From an uncultured Verrucomicrobiota bacterium (GTDB taxonomy: Bacteria; Verrucomicrobiota; Kiritimatiellia; CAIQIC01; JAGNIJ01), in the NCBI GenBank assembly GCA_964617565.1, contig CAZTYH010000018.1, positions 1-46,118 on the forward strand: a stretch of 46,118 bases of DNA, written 5' to 3'. The notes beneath the pieces were generated by a model. It made no database searches and was not told the DNA's origin. It saw nothing but the letters and a program-made list of their open reading frames with translations. Below are positions 20,350 through 30,100 of the stretch, one piece after another. Position 1 is the stretch's first letter. Each line of letters starts with the position of its first letter. Made by a program: the position numbers and the translations under genes.

Positions 20350-20709
20350 ATGATGAGCCGAACAGCGTTATTGATCTTAACGGCATGCCTCGCGATTGCC
20401 CAAACCGGGTTCGCCAACGAAGGCGGAACAACCAGCGAAACAAATGATCCGCTGGCCACTTTACAGCGGGACATTGGAGCGTTGGATAAGAAGATGGATC
20501 AACAGCAGCGCGAGCTGCAACGACGACTGACCGACGCCGAGAACAAGCTGAACGAAATCTCATCTCGTCTCGGCGAAGGATTCGGGCGCACAACCACGTT
20601 CAACACCATCGAGCGACGGCTCACGGCGGTTGAAAAGAAACTGGACGAGCTCGACCGCCTGGTGAAGCGGATTGATTCCCGATTAACAACGCTGGAACGG
20701 AAGCGCTGA
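20350..20709 (+). CDS. Small secreted coiled-coil protein (hypothetical)
   Basis: MMSRTALLILTACLAIAQTGFA is a signal peptide, preceded by GGAGGAAG. The rest is heptad-like and charged (LDKKMDQQQRELQRRLTDAENKLNEI...). Confidence 0.5.
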   Translation: MMSRTALLILTACLAIAQTGFANEGGTTSETNDPLATLQRDIGALDKKMDQQQRELQRRLTDAENKLNEISSRLGEGFGRTTTFNTIERRLTAVEKKLDELDRLVKRIDSRLTTLERKR

Positions 20710-20751
20710 CAAAAGGTATACTTGCCGTACATCAACACAGGGAGAGCAATA

Positions 20752-20964
20752 ATGAGATTCTTAACCTTGTGCCTGGGCCTGCTGCTTATCGCGGGCTGCA
20801 AACCGTCGGAGCCAAAATCGGACTCACAGGGTGGCGGAGCCGGCATTATTGACACGATGACGCAGAAGAACAAAGCGGACCTCGGCAGGCGGGCCAGAGA
20901 CAAGATCGAGGAAATAGACGAAGAACGCGATCGCGATATTGAGTCCGCGATGGGCGAATGGTAA
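20752..20964 (+). CDS. Small putative lipoprotein (hypothetical)
   Basis: MRFLTLCLGLLLIAGC contains a lipobox (L-I-A-G-C) and is followed by a short charged mature region. Confidence 0.5.
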   Translation: MRFLTLCLGLLLIAGCKPSEPKSDSQGGGAGIIDTMTQKNKADLGRRARDKIEEIDEERDRDIESAMGEW

Positions 20965-20972
20965 CCGGGCGG

Positions 20973-22055
20973 TTACTTCAAGAAAGCCGCGATGTGACGG
21001 GCGGCGATGTCCGCGCCGCCGGCAGGCATGTGTTCCGGCGGTTTCGCTTGCGAGCCCAGCCTTTCGAGAGCTTCTTCCAGTTCTCCGCGGTACAGGCTTT
21101 GCGTGTCCACGTGCACGCATTGAAGGTAGCGCGGCATCTCGCGTACGAGCAACTCGTATTCTCGAAAGTCGGTCCGGTCCGCATAAACGAGCGGCTTGCT
21201 GTTGACCACGCATTCCGACAGCAAACCGAAGCCGGGTTTTGAAACGACGACATCCATCGAAGCAAGGACGTCCGAAAACGGAACGTCCTCGCGGTTCACC
21301 GGGTGAATATTGCGGCGGCGCCACTCCAGCGGCTGGACGGTGAAAAATTCGTAGGCCTGCAGCTGCTCCACCCGGGCCAGCGCGTCCTCATTCCAATCGA
21401 GCGTCGTGAACGACAGCAACACCCAGGTCCGGTCCGGCGATGCGCCGGTGAGGCGGATGAGGTCTTCGCGGCGGGATTTGCCCGGCGACGCAACCAGCGG
21501 GATGTCCACCTTGCGAGGGAAAGCCCGCAACTCCTCGCTGAACGGGAGTCTCAGCAGGAGGTCGGAGCAACGATATCCCGCCGAAAAGCGATCAACAAAC
21601 GATCCCCAACGCGCATCTTTTTCCGCAAACTCCTCGTATATCCAGTCCCACGCAAAATTCGCGACGGCCACCACGGGAATTCCGGCCTGTCGCCCAGCCT
21701 CCATCGGGATCGCCGCGATATCGGCCACGACCAAATCCACTTCCTCCTGCTGCAGAAACCGCGCTTCTTCAGAAACAAGGCCGCCCCACCCCTCGCACAG
21801 AGCAGCCACCCGCCGGAACGTTTCATCCACATCCACGCGAATGGAGTCCAACTGAACCATCCCGATATCAAACGAGCCCCGGCGAAACCGTAGCGGTATG
21901 CCGGGCAGGCGATTCCGCAGAAACGATTCGGGCAAATCGGTGATCAAAAGTATCTGCGCGTCCGGCCGAAGCGCCGCCAACGCGCGGATGATGTCAGACG
22001 AACGCACACCATGACCATAGCCGTGTGCACTGATGTAATAGGCGATTTTATGCAT
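20973..22055 (-). CDS. Putative GT-B fold glycosyltransferase (GT1/GT28-like)
   Basis: 360 aa. The N-terminus MHKIAYYISAHGYGHGVRSSDIIRAL is the G-H-G-x-G-H-x-x-R motif I associate with this glycosyltransferase group. The C-terminal half has VVSKPGFGLLSE, a nucleotide-sugar binding-like block. Confidence 0.55.
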   Translation of the reverse strand: MHKIAYYISAHGYGHGVRSSDIIRALAALRPDAQILLITDLPESFLRNRLPGIPLRFRRGSFDIGMVQLDSIRVDVDETFRRVAALCEGWGGLVSEEARFLQQEEVDLVVADIAAIPMEAGRQAGIPVVAVANFAWDWIYEEFAEKDARWGSFVDRFSAGYRCSDLLLRLPFSEELRAFPRKVDIPLVASPGKSRREDLIRLTGASPDRTWVLLSFTTLDWNEDALARVEQLQAYEFFTVQPLEWRRRNIHPVNREDVPFSDVLASMDVVVSKPGFGLLSECVVNSKPLVYADRTDFREYELLVREMPRYLQCVHVDTQSLYRGELEEALERLGSQAKPPEHMPAGGADIAARHIAAFLK

Positions 22056-22140
22056 ATCAGCCGATCCTGATATCGTGATGGCTTCACATGAACCACCAAC
22101 GCGTTGTACACTATAGCTTCAATACGGGAGATACGCCACC

Positions 22141-23151
22141 ATGCAGAAACAGAAGTGCTCGCACGCCGGATTCTGGATCATCATAGCCCTGCTCGCAGTC
22201 CTCGTCGTCGCCAGCATGGCCGCAAACATGGGCCTGTTGCTCGGGCTTGCGGCGCGCGAAGGCTCTCCCCGGCGGGTTGCGGGTGATGCCGAGGATGAAT
22301 TCCCTGCATTCACCGAGCGTTGGTCCTACGGCACCGGCACGGTCAAGGTGATCCGCATTCCCATTGACGGTCCGATCTTCCGTGAAACACAGACCGGGTT
22401 TTTCGGACGGCGCTTCGACCGGGTTGCGCACACGCTGCGCCAGATCCAGGCGGCCACGCAGGACGATGAAGTACGTGGCCTCATAGTCGAAGTCAATTCA
22501 CCGGGCGGGAGCCTGACGGAATGCGATGAAATCTACAACGCCCTGAAGGGCTTCAAAGACAGGGATCCGACGCGCCGCATCGTGTCGTTCACCCGCAGCA
22601 TATCGGCATCCGGCGGCTATTACCTCTCCATGCCGGCCGACTGGATTATCGCGGAGCCGACGGCGGTAATCGGCTCCATCGGCGTTATCATGCAGACGCT
22701 GAACTGGAAAGCGCTGAGCGAAAAAATCGGCGTCACCGACACCACCATCAAGTCCGGCGACAACAAGGATCTGTTGAATCCTTTCCGCGAGGTCTCGCCC
22801 GAACAGGTTGCGCTGCTGCAGGAAGTGATTGACGCTTTCTATGGCCGGTTTTTCGATATCGTTCGCGAAGCCCGCGCGCTCGATCCGGAAACCCTCAAGC
22901 CCGTTGCGGATGGCCGCATCATGACCGCCGACATCGCCCTGCAGCACAAGCTGATTGACGAAATCGGCTACTGGGACTCGGCCATGGCCAGGCTCGCGGA
23001 GTTGCTCGGGGAAACCTCGCTGCAGATCGTGCGCTACGAACACCGCCCCTCTTTCTCCGAGTTGTTTGCCTCGATGCGCGCGCCGGCATTTGATTTCAGC
23101 AGTCTCACACGAACCGAAACACCCCTTTTCATGTATCTCTGGCAGCCGTAG
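22141..23151 (+). CDS. sppA: Signal peptide peptidase SppA (36K type, S49 family)
   Basis: N-terminal TM helix, then VNSPGGSLTECDEIYNAL, ASGGYYLSMPADWIIAEPTAVIGSIGV and KSGDNKDLLNPF motifs typical of S49. Confidence 0.85.
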   Translation: MQKQKCSHAGFWIIIALLAVLVVASMAANMGLLLGLAAREGSPRRVAGDAEDEFPAFTERWSYGTGTVKVIRIPIDGPIFRETQTGFFGRRFDRVAHTLRQIQAATQDDEVRGLIVEVNSPGGSLTECDEIYNALKGFKDRDPTRRIVSFTRSISASGGYYLSMPADWIIAEPTAVIGSIGVIMQTLNWKALSEKIGVTDTTIKSGDNKDLLNPFREVSPEQVALLQEVIDAFYGRFFDIVREARALDPETLKPVADGRIMTADIALQHKLIDEIGYWDSAMARLAELLGETSLQIVRYEHRPSFSELFASMRAPAFDFSSLTRTETPLFMYLWQP

Positions 23152-23278
23152 AGCAAAGAACCCTTCCAGCATGAAATTTCGAAGTTTGTTATTTCCTTCG
23201 ACGTTCTCCAATTGATCTCTCTTCTCGTTTCGATATGATGTCCCTTTTATCGCGGGGTCTAAAAAAACGAGACCACGC

Positions 23279-26200
23279 ATGTCGGGGATGAAAGCACCGA
23301 TCACACAGAAGATCCTGATGGACTGGGCGGGACCGCGTGTTTATCACGACGGCAAGGCCCTTTTCGAGGATCACATTGTAGAACGGGTCGAGTATGATCC
23401 ACCGATCATTCGCGGAACGCTTTCCTACGGCAGCAGCAGCATCACCTGCCAGTTAACAGTTCATCCGGACGGCTCGGCGGAGAATCATTGTCCCTGCCGG
23501 GACAGCAGCGAGCGCGGCATCATCTGCTCCCACGTCGTCGCGCTCGGCATGGAACTGATCCGGCGGCAGACCGACCCGGAACGCGAGCGCAAGGCGCGCG
23601 AAGAAATGCGCCGCGCGGCGCGACTGGCCAACCACGACGAATCGCGCTACCTGAAGCGCGCGGCCGAACACGCTCCCGGCGCAACACCGGCGCGCCTGCA
23701 ACTCGTACTCGAACGCAATTGGAGAGAGCGCAGTGGAAGCGGCCGATTTCCCCTGCAATGCCTCATCGAATACGAAAATCGGCGTTCTCCGATCAACGCC
23801 GCGCCCGAAGACACGGTCTTCGCGCTTTCGCGGCAGGATGAGAATATCCTGTTTGTTGTCGAGGACATTTGTGAAGGACCGGCCCGCGATCGAATCGAGA
23901 TCCCGACGGCCGATCTCATAAACATCCTGAACATCCATGCCGGCAAACCGTTGATGATCGAAGGAGCGGACACGCCCGCCACGGTCAACGCGGCAAAAAT
24001 GGCGTCCGTCCTGCGCATGGATCTCGATCGCGAGACGGGCGAGTTGATCCTGATGATTCACACGGAACTGCCCTTCTCGACAGTGAAGGAGTTTCCGACC
24101 TACGTGGTGGCGGGCCGGAACGGATGGGTGTATCACGCGGGGCATTTCTGGCCGCTTGAAAACCTGCTCCCCCTGCCGCTGCACACGATTTACGAGAAGC
24201 CCGTCGTCGTCCCGCGTTCCGCTGTGCCGCGCTTCTTTGAAACGGAACTGGCGGTTATCGAAACGCACCTTCGCGTCGAGACGGAAATCACAAGGGATCT
24301 TTTTACCATCGAAGCAGGAACGCCGGCCTTCAGCCTGGAGGTGCGTGGCAGTCCCGCTTCGCTCTCGGCAACCCTGCGCGCGCATTACAACGGGATTTCG
24401 CTGACCGCCGGGAAGGCCGACCCTGCAGGACATTTTGCGATTCCCGATGCCGCGGACATCATGCGCTACACGGTCCGCAATCCGGGCCTGGAACACAAAG
24501 CCCTTGCGCAATTGGCGGAACTCGGCCTGCAAGGCGAATGCGGCGACGCGCTGTCGCCCATCGTCGGATGCCGCGAAGTCCTGAACTTTCTGGCATCCAC
24601 CCTGCCCCGCCTCCGCCGCATGGGCTGGCGCGTGGAACTGGCCGGGCGAATCCAGCCGTTCATGGAAGAGCTCGACTTTGCCACGCCGGTTGTTCGGCTT
24701 CGCGACAGCTCGGACCATTCTGTTTTCGAGATCGGATTCAACTACGAGGATCGCGGCGGGCAAAGCCTTTCCGAGGCCGAAATCCAGCGCGCACTGTTGA
24801 AGAACGAATACTTCGTGGAGAAGGACGGACGCACGATCCTCGTGGATGCCGATGCGATTCGCAACGCGCGGGATGTGTTTGCCGACTGCGCGACGGGCGA
24901 GGGCTCGCAGCCGGGCACGTTCCGGCTGAGCGGCATTTACTCGGCCTATGTCCTCTCCTCGCTCGACGCGCTGGACGGCATTGATGTCGAAGCACCACCG
25001 ACGTGGGCCTCGCACGCACGGCGACAGAACCGGAACGAGAAAATGGCGCCGGAGCCGCTCGACGCCCATCTCGAATCCGTCCTGCGTCCCTACCAGAAAC
25101 AGGGCGTGTACTGGTTGCGATTTCTTGAGCGCACCCTCACCTGCGGAATCCTTGCGGACGACATGGGCCTGGGCAAAACGCTGCAAACACTCACCTGGAT
25201 ACAACTCCAGCGCGCGCATCCGGAAGCGGCCGGAAAACCAGCGCTCATCGTCTGCCCCACCAGCCTGGTCGAAAACTGGGCGGAAGAAGCGGCGCGATTC
25301 ACGCCCGAGCTGCGCGTACTGATCCTGAGCGGCGCGGAACGCCATGAACGACGCGCGGGCATTGCAGATGCCGACCTGGTCATCACCTCCTACGCGCTGA
25401 TGCGCCGCGATATAGAGAATTACACCGAAATCGAATTCGCCGCCGTGGTTCTCGACGAGGCGCAACACATCAAAAACAGGTCCACCCAGAACGCGCTCGC
25501 CGCGAAAAAGCTCAAGGGCCATCACCGGATCGTGCTGACCGGCACGCCGATTGAGAACAGTGTGTCGGACCTGTGGTCCATCATGGATTTTCTCATGCCC
25601 GGCTATCTCGGCTCCGCAAAGCTCTTTCGCGAAAACTACGAATTGCCGATCTCCAACGGCACCCCCGAAGGCGAAGTTGCGCAGGCACGATTACGGCGCA
25701 AGCTGCATCCATTCCTCCTTCGCCGCCTTAAAACGGAAGTGGCGAAAGATCTGCCCCCTAAAATCGAGAAGCTCGCTTCCTGCTCGCTCACGCGCGACCA
25801 GCAACTCGTGTACAAGCAGTTGCTGGAATCTTCACGGCGCAAGCTGGCCGACATGGTCGCGGCGCAGGGATTCGAGCGCTCTCGAATGGAGGTATTGAAG
25901 ACACTCCTGCGCCTGCGGCAGACCTGCTGCCATCTTGAATTGCTGAAGCTGTCCGACCTGCAGAGCGAATATCCTTCGGCCAAAATGGACCTTTTTTTCG
26001 AGCTGCTGGACGAGGCCATAGACGGTGGACACCGGGTGCTTGTATTCAGCCAGTTCACCTCCATGCTGGCCATCCTCCGGCGTGAGCTGGAGGCGCGTGA
26101 ACGCGCATACTGCTATCTCGACGGGGCGACAAAGGAACGCTTAAAGGTCGTGCGCGAATTCAACATGAACCGCGCCATCCCCGTCTTCCTCATCAGCCTC

Positions 26201-26485
26201 AAGGCGGGCGGCACGGGATTGAACCTGGTCGGCGCGGACACGGTCATTCATTTCGACCCGTGGTGGAATCCGGCCGTGGAGGATCAGGCTACAGACCGCG
26301 CACACCGCATCGGGCAGCAGCGCACCGTGTACAGCATCAAGATGATCACCAAGGGCACCGTCGAGGAAAAGGTTCTTGCGATGCAGAAACGGAAGAAGGA
26401 AATCATCAACGCCACGCTCAGCAAGGATGAGCAGGTCATGGAGAAGCTGACGTGGGAGGATGTGCAGATGTTATTGGAGGCATAA
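23279..26485 (+). CDS. SNF2-family helicase with an N-terminal SWIM zinc finger
   Basis: SWIM motif CPCRDSSERGIICSHVVAL. SNF2 motifs LADDMGLGKTLQ, VVLDEAQHIKN, LTGTPIENS, VFSQFT, GGTGLNLVGADTVIHFDPWWNPAVEDQATDRAHRIGQ. Confidence 0.9.
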   Translation: MSGMKAPITQKILMDWAGPRVYHDGKALFEDHIVERVEYDPPIIRGTLSYGSSSITCQLTVHPDGSAENHCPCRDSSERGIICSHVVALGMELIRRQTDPERERKAREEMRRAARLANHDESRYLKRAAEHAPGATPARLQLVLERNWRERSGSGRFPLQCLIEYENRRSPINAAPEDTVFALSRQDENILFVVEDICEGPARDRIEIPTADLINILNIHAGKPLMIEGADTPATVNAAKMASVLRMDLDRETGELILMIHTELPFSTVKEFPTYVVAGRNGWVYHAGHFWPLENLLPLPLHTIYEKPVVVPRSAVPRFFETELAVIETHLRVETEITRDLFTIEAGTPAFSLEVRGSPASLSATLRAHYNGISLTAGKADPAGHFAIPDAADIMRYTVRNPGLEHKALAQLAELGLQGECGDALSPIVGCREVLNFLASTLPRLRRMGWRVELAGRIQPFMEELDFATPVVRLRDSSDHSVFEIGFNYEDRGGQSLSEAEIQRALLKNEYFVEKDGRTILVDADAIRNARDVFADCATGEGSQPGTFRLSGIYSAYVLSSLDALDGIDVEAPPTWASHARRQNRNEKMAPEPLDAHLESVLRPYQKQGVYWLRFLERTLTCGILADDMGLGKTLQTLTWIQLQRAHPEAAGKPALIVCPTSLVENWAEEAARFTPELRVLILSGAERHERRAGIADADLVITSYALMRRDIENYTEIEFAAVVLDEAQHIKNRSTQNALAAKKLKGHHRIVLTGTPIENSVSDLWSIMDFLMPGYLGSAKLFRENYELPISNGTPEGEVAQARLRRKLHPFLLRRLKTEVAKDLPPKIEKLASCSLTRDQQLVYKQLLESSRRKLADMVAAQGFERSRMEVLKTLLRLRQTCCHLELLKLSDLQSEYPSAKMDLFFELLDEAIDGGHRVLVFSQFTSMLAILRRELEARERAYCYLDGATKERLKVVREFNMNRAIPVFLISLKAGGTGLNLVGADTVIHFDPWWNPAVEDQATDRAHRIGQQRTVYSIKMITKGTVEEKVLAMQKRKKEIINATLSKDEQVMEKLTWEDVQMLLEA

Positions 26486-26503
26486 AGAAACCATTCCGCC
26501 TTT

Positions 26504-27076
26504 TCACCGCTCAATAACAGTCACATCATCCACCAGGAACGCCCCCTCCGCCGGCCCGGTTCCCTCAAACAGGTGGATACCGAATTTGGCCTGCGCCGCC
26601 CTCTCCGGAGCCTTGGCCCGCCGTATGATCACCTTGCGCCAGCCGACACGCGACAGGCTCGGTCCCCACTCCTCGCTCGAAACGCGCGCCACCTCGCGGC
26701 CCGCTTCGTTCAACCATTCGATCACAAGATGCCCGACCACATTGCCGCGCAAAGGCTGGCCGGAGTCGTTTCTCACGTACGCCTCAAAATCATATCTCCG
26801 TCCGGGAATCACATGGATAATCTGGAGCAGCCCCTGCCCGCTTTTCGGCGCGCGATGCACCTTCATCATCGCGCATTGTGAATCGTTACGGCCGTTGCCC
26901 TCAATCAATCCTCCGCGCTGCCGCTGGGTGGAATAGTGTTCCCATGCCGTCGGCAATTGTCCGGCGCCTTCCCGGGGATCTTCAAAGTCGCCGTTATGGA
27001 GCATGTTTCCGGCGGCCACCATCACGCCGGCCACGATGAAACAACCTGATGCAACCACTGCCCCCAAGGCTCTCAT
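26504..27076 (-). CDS. Small secreted stand-alone CBM-like (CBM4_9 / galactose-binding-like) protein; paralogue of 35575..36159
   Basis: 190 aa. MRALGAVVASGCFIVAGVMVAAG is a signal or anchor sequence. NMLHNGDFEDP...W is the typical opening of a CBM4_9-type sandwich. Shares VIEWLNEAGREVAR and FGIHLFEG...GAFLVDDVTV with the other small protein. Starts 34 bp downstream of the giant gene. Confidence 0.65.
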   Translation of the reverse strand: MRALGAVVASGCFIVAGVMVAAGNMLHNGDFEDPREGAGQLPTAWEHYSTQRQRGGLIEGNGRNDSQCAMMKVHRAPKSGQGLLQIIHVIPGRRYDFEAYVRNDSGQPLRGNVVGHLVIEWLNEAGREVARVSSEEWGPSLSRVGWRKVIIRRAKAPERAAQAKFGIHLFEGTGPAEGAFLVDDVTVIER

Positions 27077-27110
27077 GATGCTTCCGCCCCCTGCACTGAC
27101 GGAACAACCG

Positions 27111-30100
27111 CTACTCTACTTCCACGCGATAAAATGCGGCGCTGCCGGGCAACGACTCGGCATGCTGGTTCACCGGCGGCGTCGCGGGGATGCGCGCGCG
27201 AATCCTTTGAAACGGTGTTGCGGAGAAGAGATTCGTACCGCGCCAGACGCTGTAGGTCCTTCCTTCGACACTGTTCCATTCCAGTATCACATCCGTGCCG
27301 GATCCGGCCGTTCTTTCGCCCATGAAGAAAAATCCGGAATCCGGATCGAGCGGGCTTGAACCGGCATAAAGTTCCTGCGCGTCCGATACCCCATCGCCGT
27401 CCGAATCGGAATCCAAGTCCGTTCGCATTTGTGAAACATGACCGGTCACAACCCCGGAGGGCGTACTCAACAAGAACTCCCAGCGCGGCATGAAAGGCGA
27501 GGAATCCAGCTCCGGATCGTAAACAAGGCGCGCGACCTCAACGATCGTCCGGGTGGTTGAACTGATCAAGATCGCGTCGTCACACTTCAACGCGCCTTCT
27601 CCGGTAACACCCCCGCACCAGAGCGTGCAACGAACGGTCCTCGTGCCGGCGGGCGCGGTGCCATCCACGCGGAACAGGCGATAAACTTCGTCCACGCTCC
27701 CGGAGACCTCTGCGGTCACTTCTCCGAGCGGACTGCCCACGACATCAAGCCACTCCAGCTTTAATTCGATCGCCGATGCATTGAACCCCGCATCCCTCTG
27801 CAGCCATAACGCAAAGGTGTAAGGCTCTCCCGCCTGGCCTGCCGTGTAGTCCTGGTAGAAATAGCCGTGATCCGCAACCCACGACGCCACGGACATGGAC
27901 CACGATCCGGAGCGCGCGCCCCACGGGTATGACGTCGCGGCCATCCCGCAAGCCCAATACAACGGCACAAACTCAAAGCCTGGATTCAGCAACAGGTTTT
28001 CCGCCGGGATGCCCAGGCCGAGATCCTTGAACGCCAGCCATTTCGCTCCGTCATGGAAGACCGCCGGGTACATCGTGGATTCACTCACCCATGTCGCGCG
28101 TTGCAGAGCCCCGTGGGTCGAAAGTTTCAGGACATACAAGGTGCTGGCCGGACCCCGCACCCCTCCTGCCGCGAGGATGTACTCGCTGTCTCCCGCTCCC
28201 GCGTTCACCAGGTAATAATTCGTGTGTCCCACCTGATCGAACACCGACATGAACCCGTCATCGTCGCGCAAGGCGCCGGGCAAAATATTGAACAGGGCCG
28301 GTCCTGAATATTCCTCCCACTGCTTGTCGTTTGAGCCCGCATCCTTCTCTTCAAAAACGTTGCCATCGAGCAACGCAGACAGCTGACCGGCCAGAAGGGG
28401 ATCGGCCGCCGCCTCCGCATACAGAATGGTCGTGGCCGCCATCGCCTCTTCCGCCTGCGCGAGCGCTTCGGCCTCTCTCGGCGGCTCGGCAACCAACCAT
28501 CGCTTTCCATCGGCTTCCGACGGGGCGTACACCGAATTCATTTCCGACGCGGTGACATAGACATCGTAGCCCAGCCCCGCATGGCGAGGATCATTGAGCC
28601 ACACGCCGTAGATCGTAAAGACGTTGCCCGTCGTCACGCCGTATCCGCCGTCATACGGGGCCTTGTCCGTCTCGAAACCGCGGATCACCTTGTACGACCA
28701 GTTCGTGCCGCACAGAATATAGACGGGTGTCTTCTGCCCGCCGGGCGGCAGGTAATCCATCCAATACACTGTTTCCTTCAACGCTTCATCCAGGGTCCAA
28801 CGATAACGCGCGGAGAAGTAATATTGCGGCGGCGCATTGTAGTACATCCACGAAGCACAGCTCTGCGGTGTGATTTCTCCGTTGTGCTGCGCCGACTTTG
28901 TGTTGGCCGCATAGATCTGATCCTGCGACTGGGTGAATGAGGGACCGTTGAGATAACGCGCGATCATCCACGCCGACGCCACACCCGTGTAATTGGTTTG
29001 CTCCGCAACCGCGCGGGGAAATCCGTCCACGCCATTGGTATAAGCAAGGCGCAACACGTAACTGGTGACGTGGCCGGGATAGGAATTGGGGTCATTTGGA
29101 TCCGAGCCGGCAAGATATTCTTCCATGTTTGAATAATTGTCCCGGTCCGGATCGTCTTCCGGCTCCATGCACGTTTCACAGCCTCCATGCTGCAATTCCC
29201 AGGAATCCGGCAAACCGTCGTTATCCATATCGTAATCGTCGTCCATCGAATACACGCCGGCCTGCTCGATTTCCGTCAGCGCAGCACCATCGGCCCGCCG
29301 GACAACCAGCCGGACCTGTCCGCGCGCCGCATAATTTCTGAAGATGTACCAATCGCCGTCGGAAGGAATCGCGAAACGAGTGTGATCAATCAGTCGTCCC
29401 GCAGGCATCGAATACACGTTCGTAAGAGTGGTTGACCCATGGGCGGGAATATCCACGCTCAACCAGTTTGCCTCGAAATCGCCGCAAAGCCGATCCCCCT
29501 TGCGCGTGCGCTTACTCCAGCGGGCCGCCACGTGGGGCGATTCATCCCACCACCATGTATCTTCGCCATACTCCTGGAGCAACTGAATCCGCACATTGTC
29601 GAGAGCAGAGGCGGAGTCGTTCGAGATTGTAATTATCTGGATCACATCCTGTCCCGGGTTGTAGTGCGGCAACCCCTCTTTGTCCTTCATCGGCGCGAAT
29701 GGAAACTGCACATGCACCGAGACCGGTTGCGGCGTGGACCGAACGGCCTGGATACTGAATTCGCGTTGTGATGGAGAAACGAACCCGAGCGAAAGGATTC
29801 GCGACAGATCCACATCCGGAAAACTTGTCCACGGGATCGAAACCTGCTGCGCAAGCGAGATCACGCGTTCTACGAAGTTTGTCACGGGCAGCGAATTGGT
29901 CACCCCGTTGCCGTCCGCCACCCAAACCTGCAGGTTCGAGCCGTCGCGATTCATCGCCACCTGGAACGCGAGCACGTCGTGATCCGAAACATCCACCGGC
30001 TCGTCGCCTTCCCAGTAACCGCCGCGAATCCGGTTGGTAACGACCAACCCGGTATTCGTGCTCGTAACTTTTATGTCGTCGAAGAAGACATCCACATGGG

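Noticed and set aside
23453-25525. 690-aa ORF on the minus strand
   Set aside because: Antisense to the SNF2 helicase gene, which carries all canonical helicase motifs in the plus frame.
23279-26485. SWIM-SNF2 helicase as the core of a DISARM/BREX/Zorya-like defence island
   Set aside because: No adjacent methyltransferase, nuclease, phospholipase D, DUF1998 or other defence partners. The neighbours are sppA and the CBM module, so it looks like the common stand-alone SNF2/RapA-like gene.
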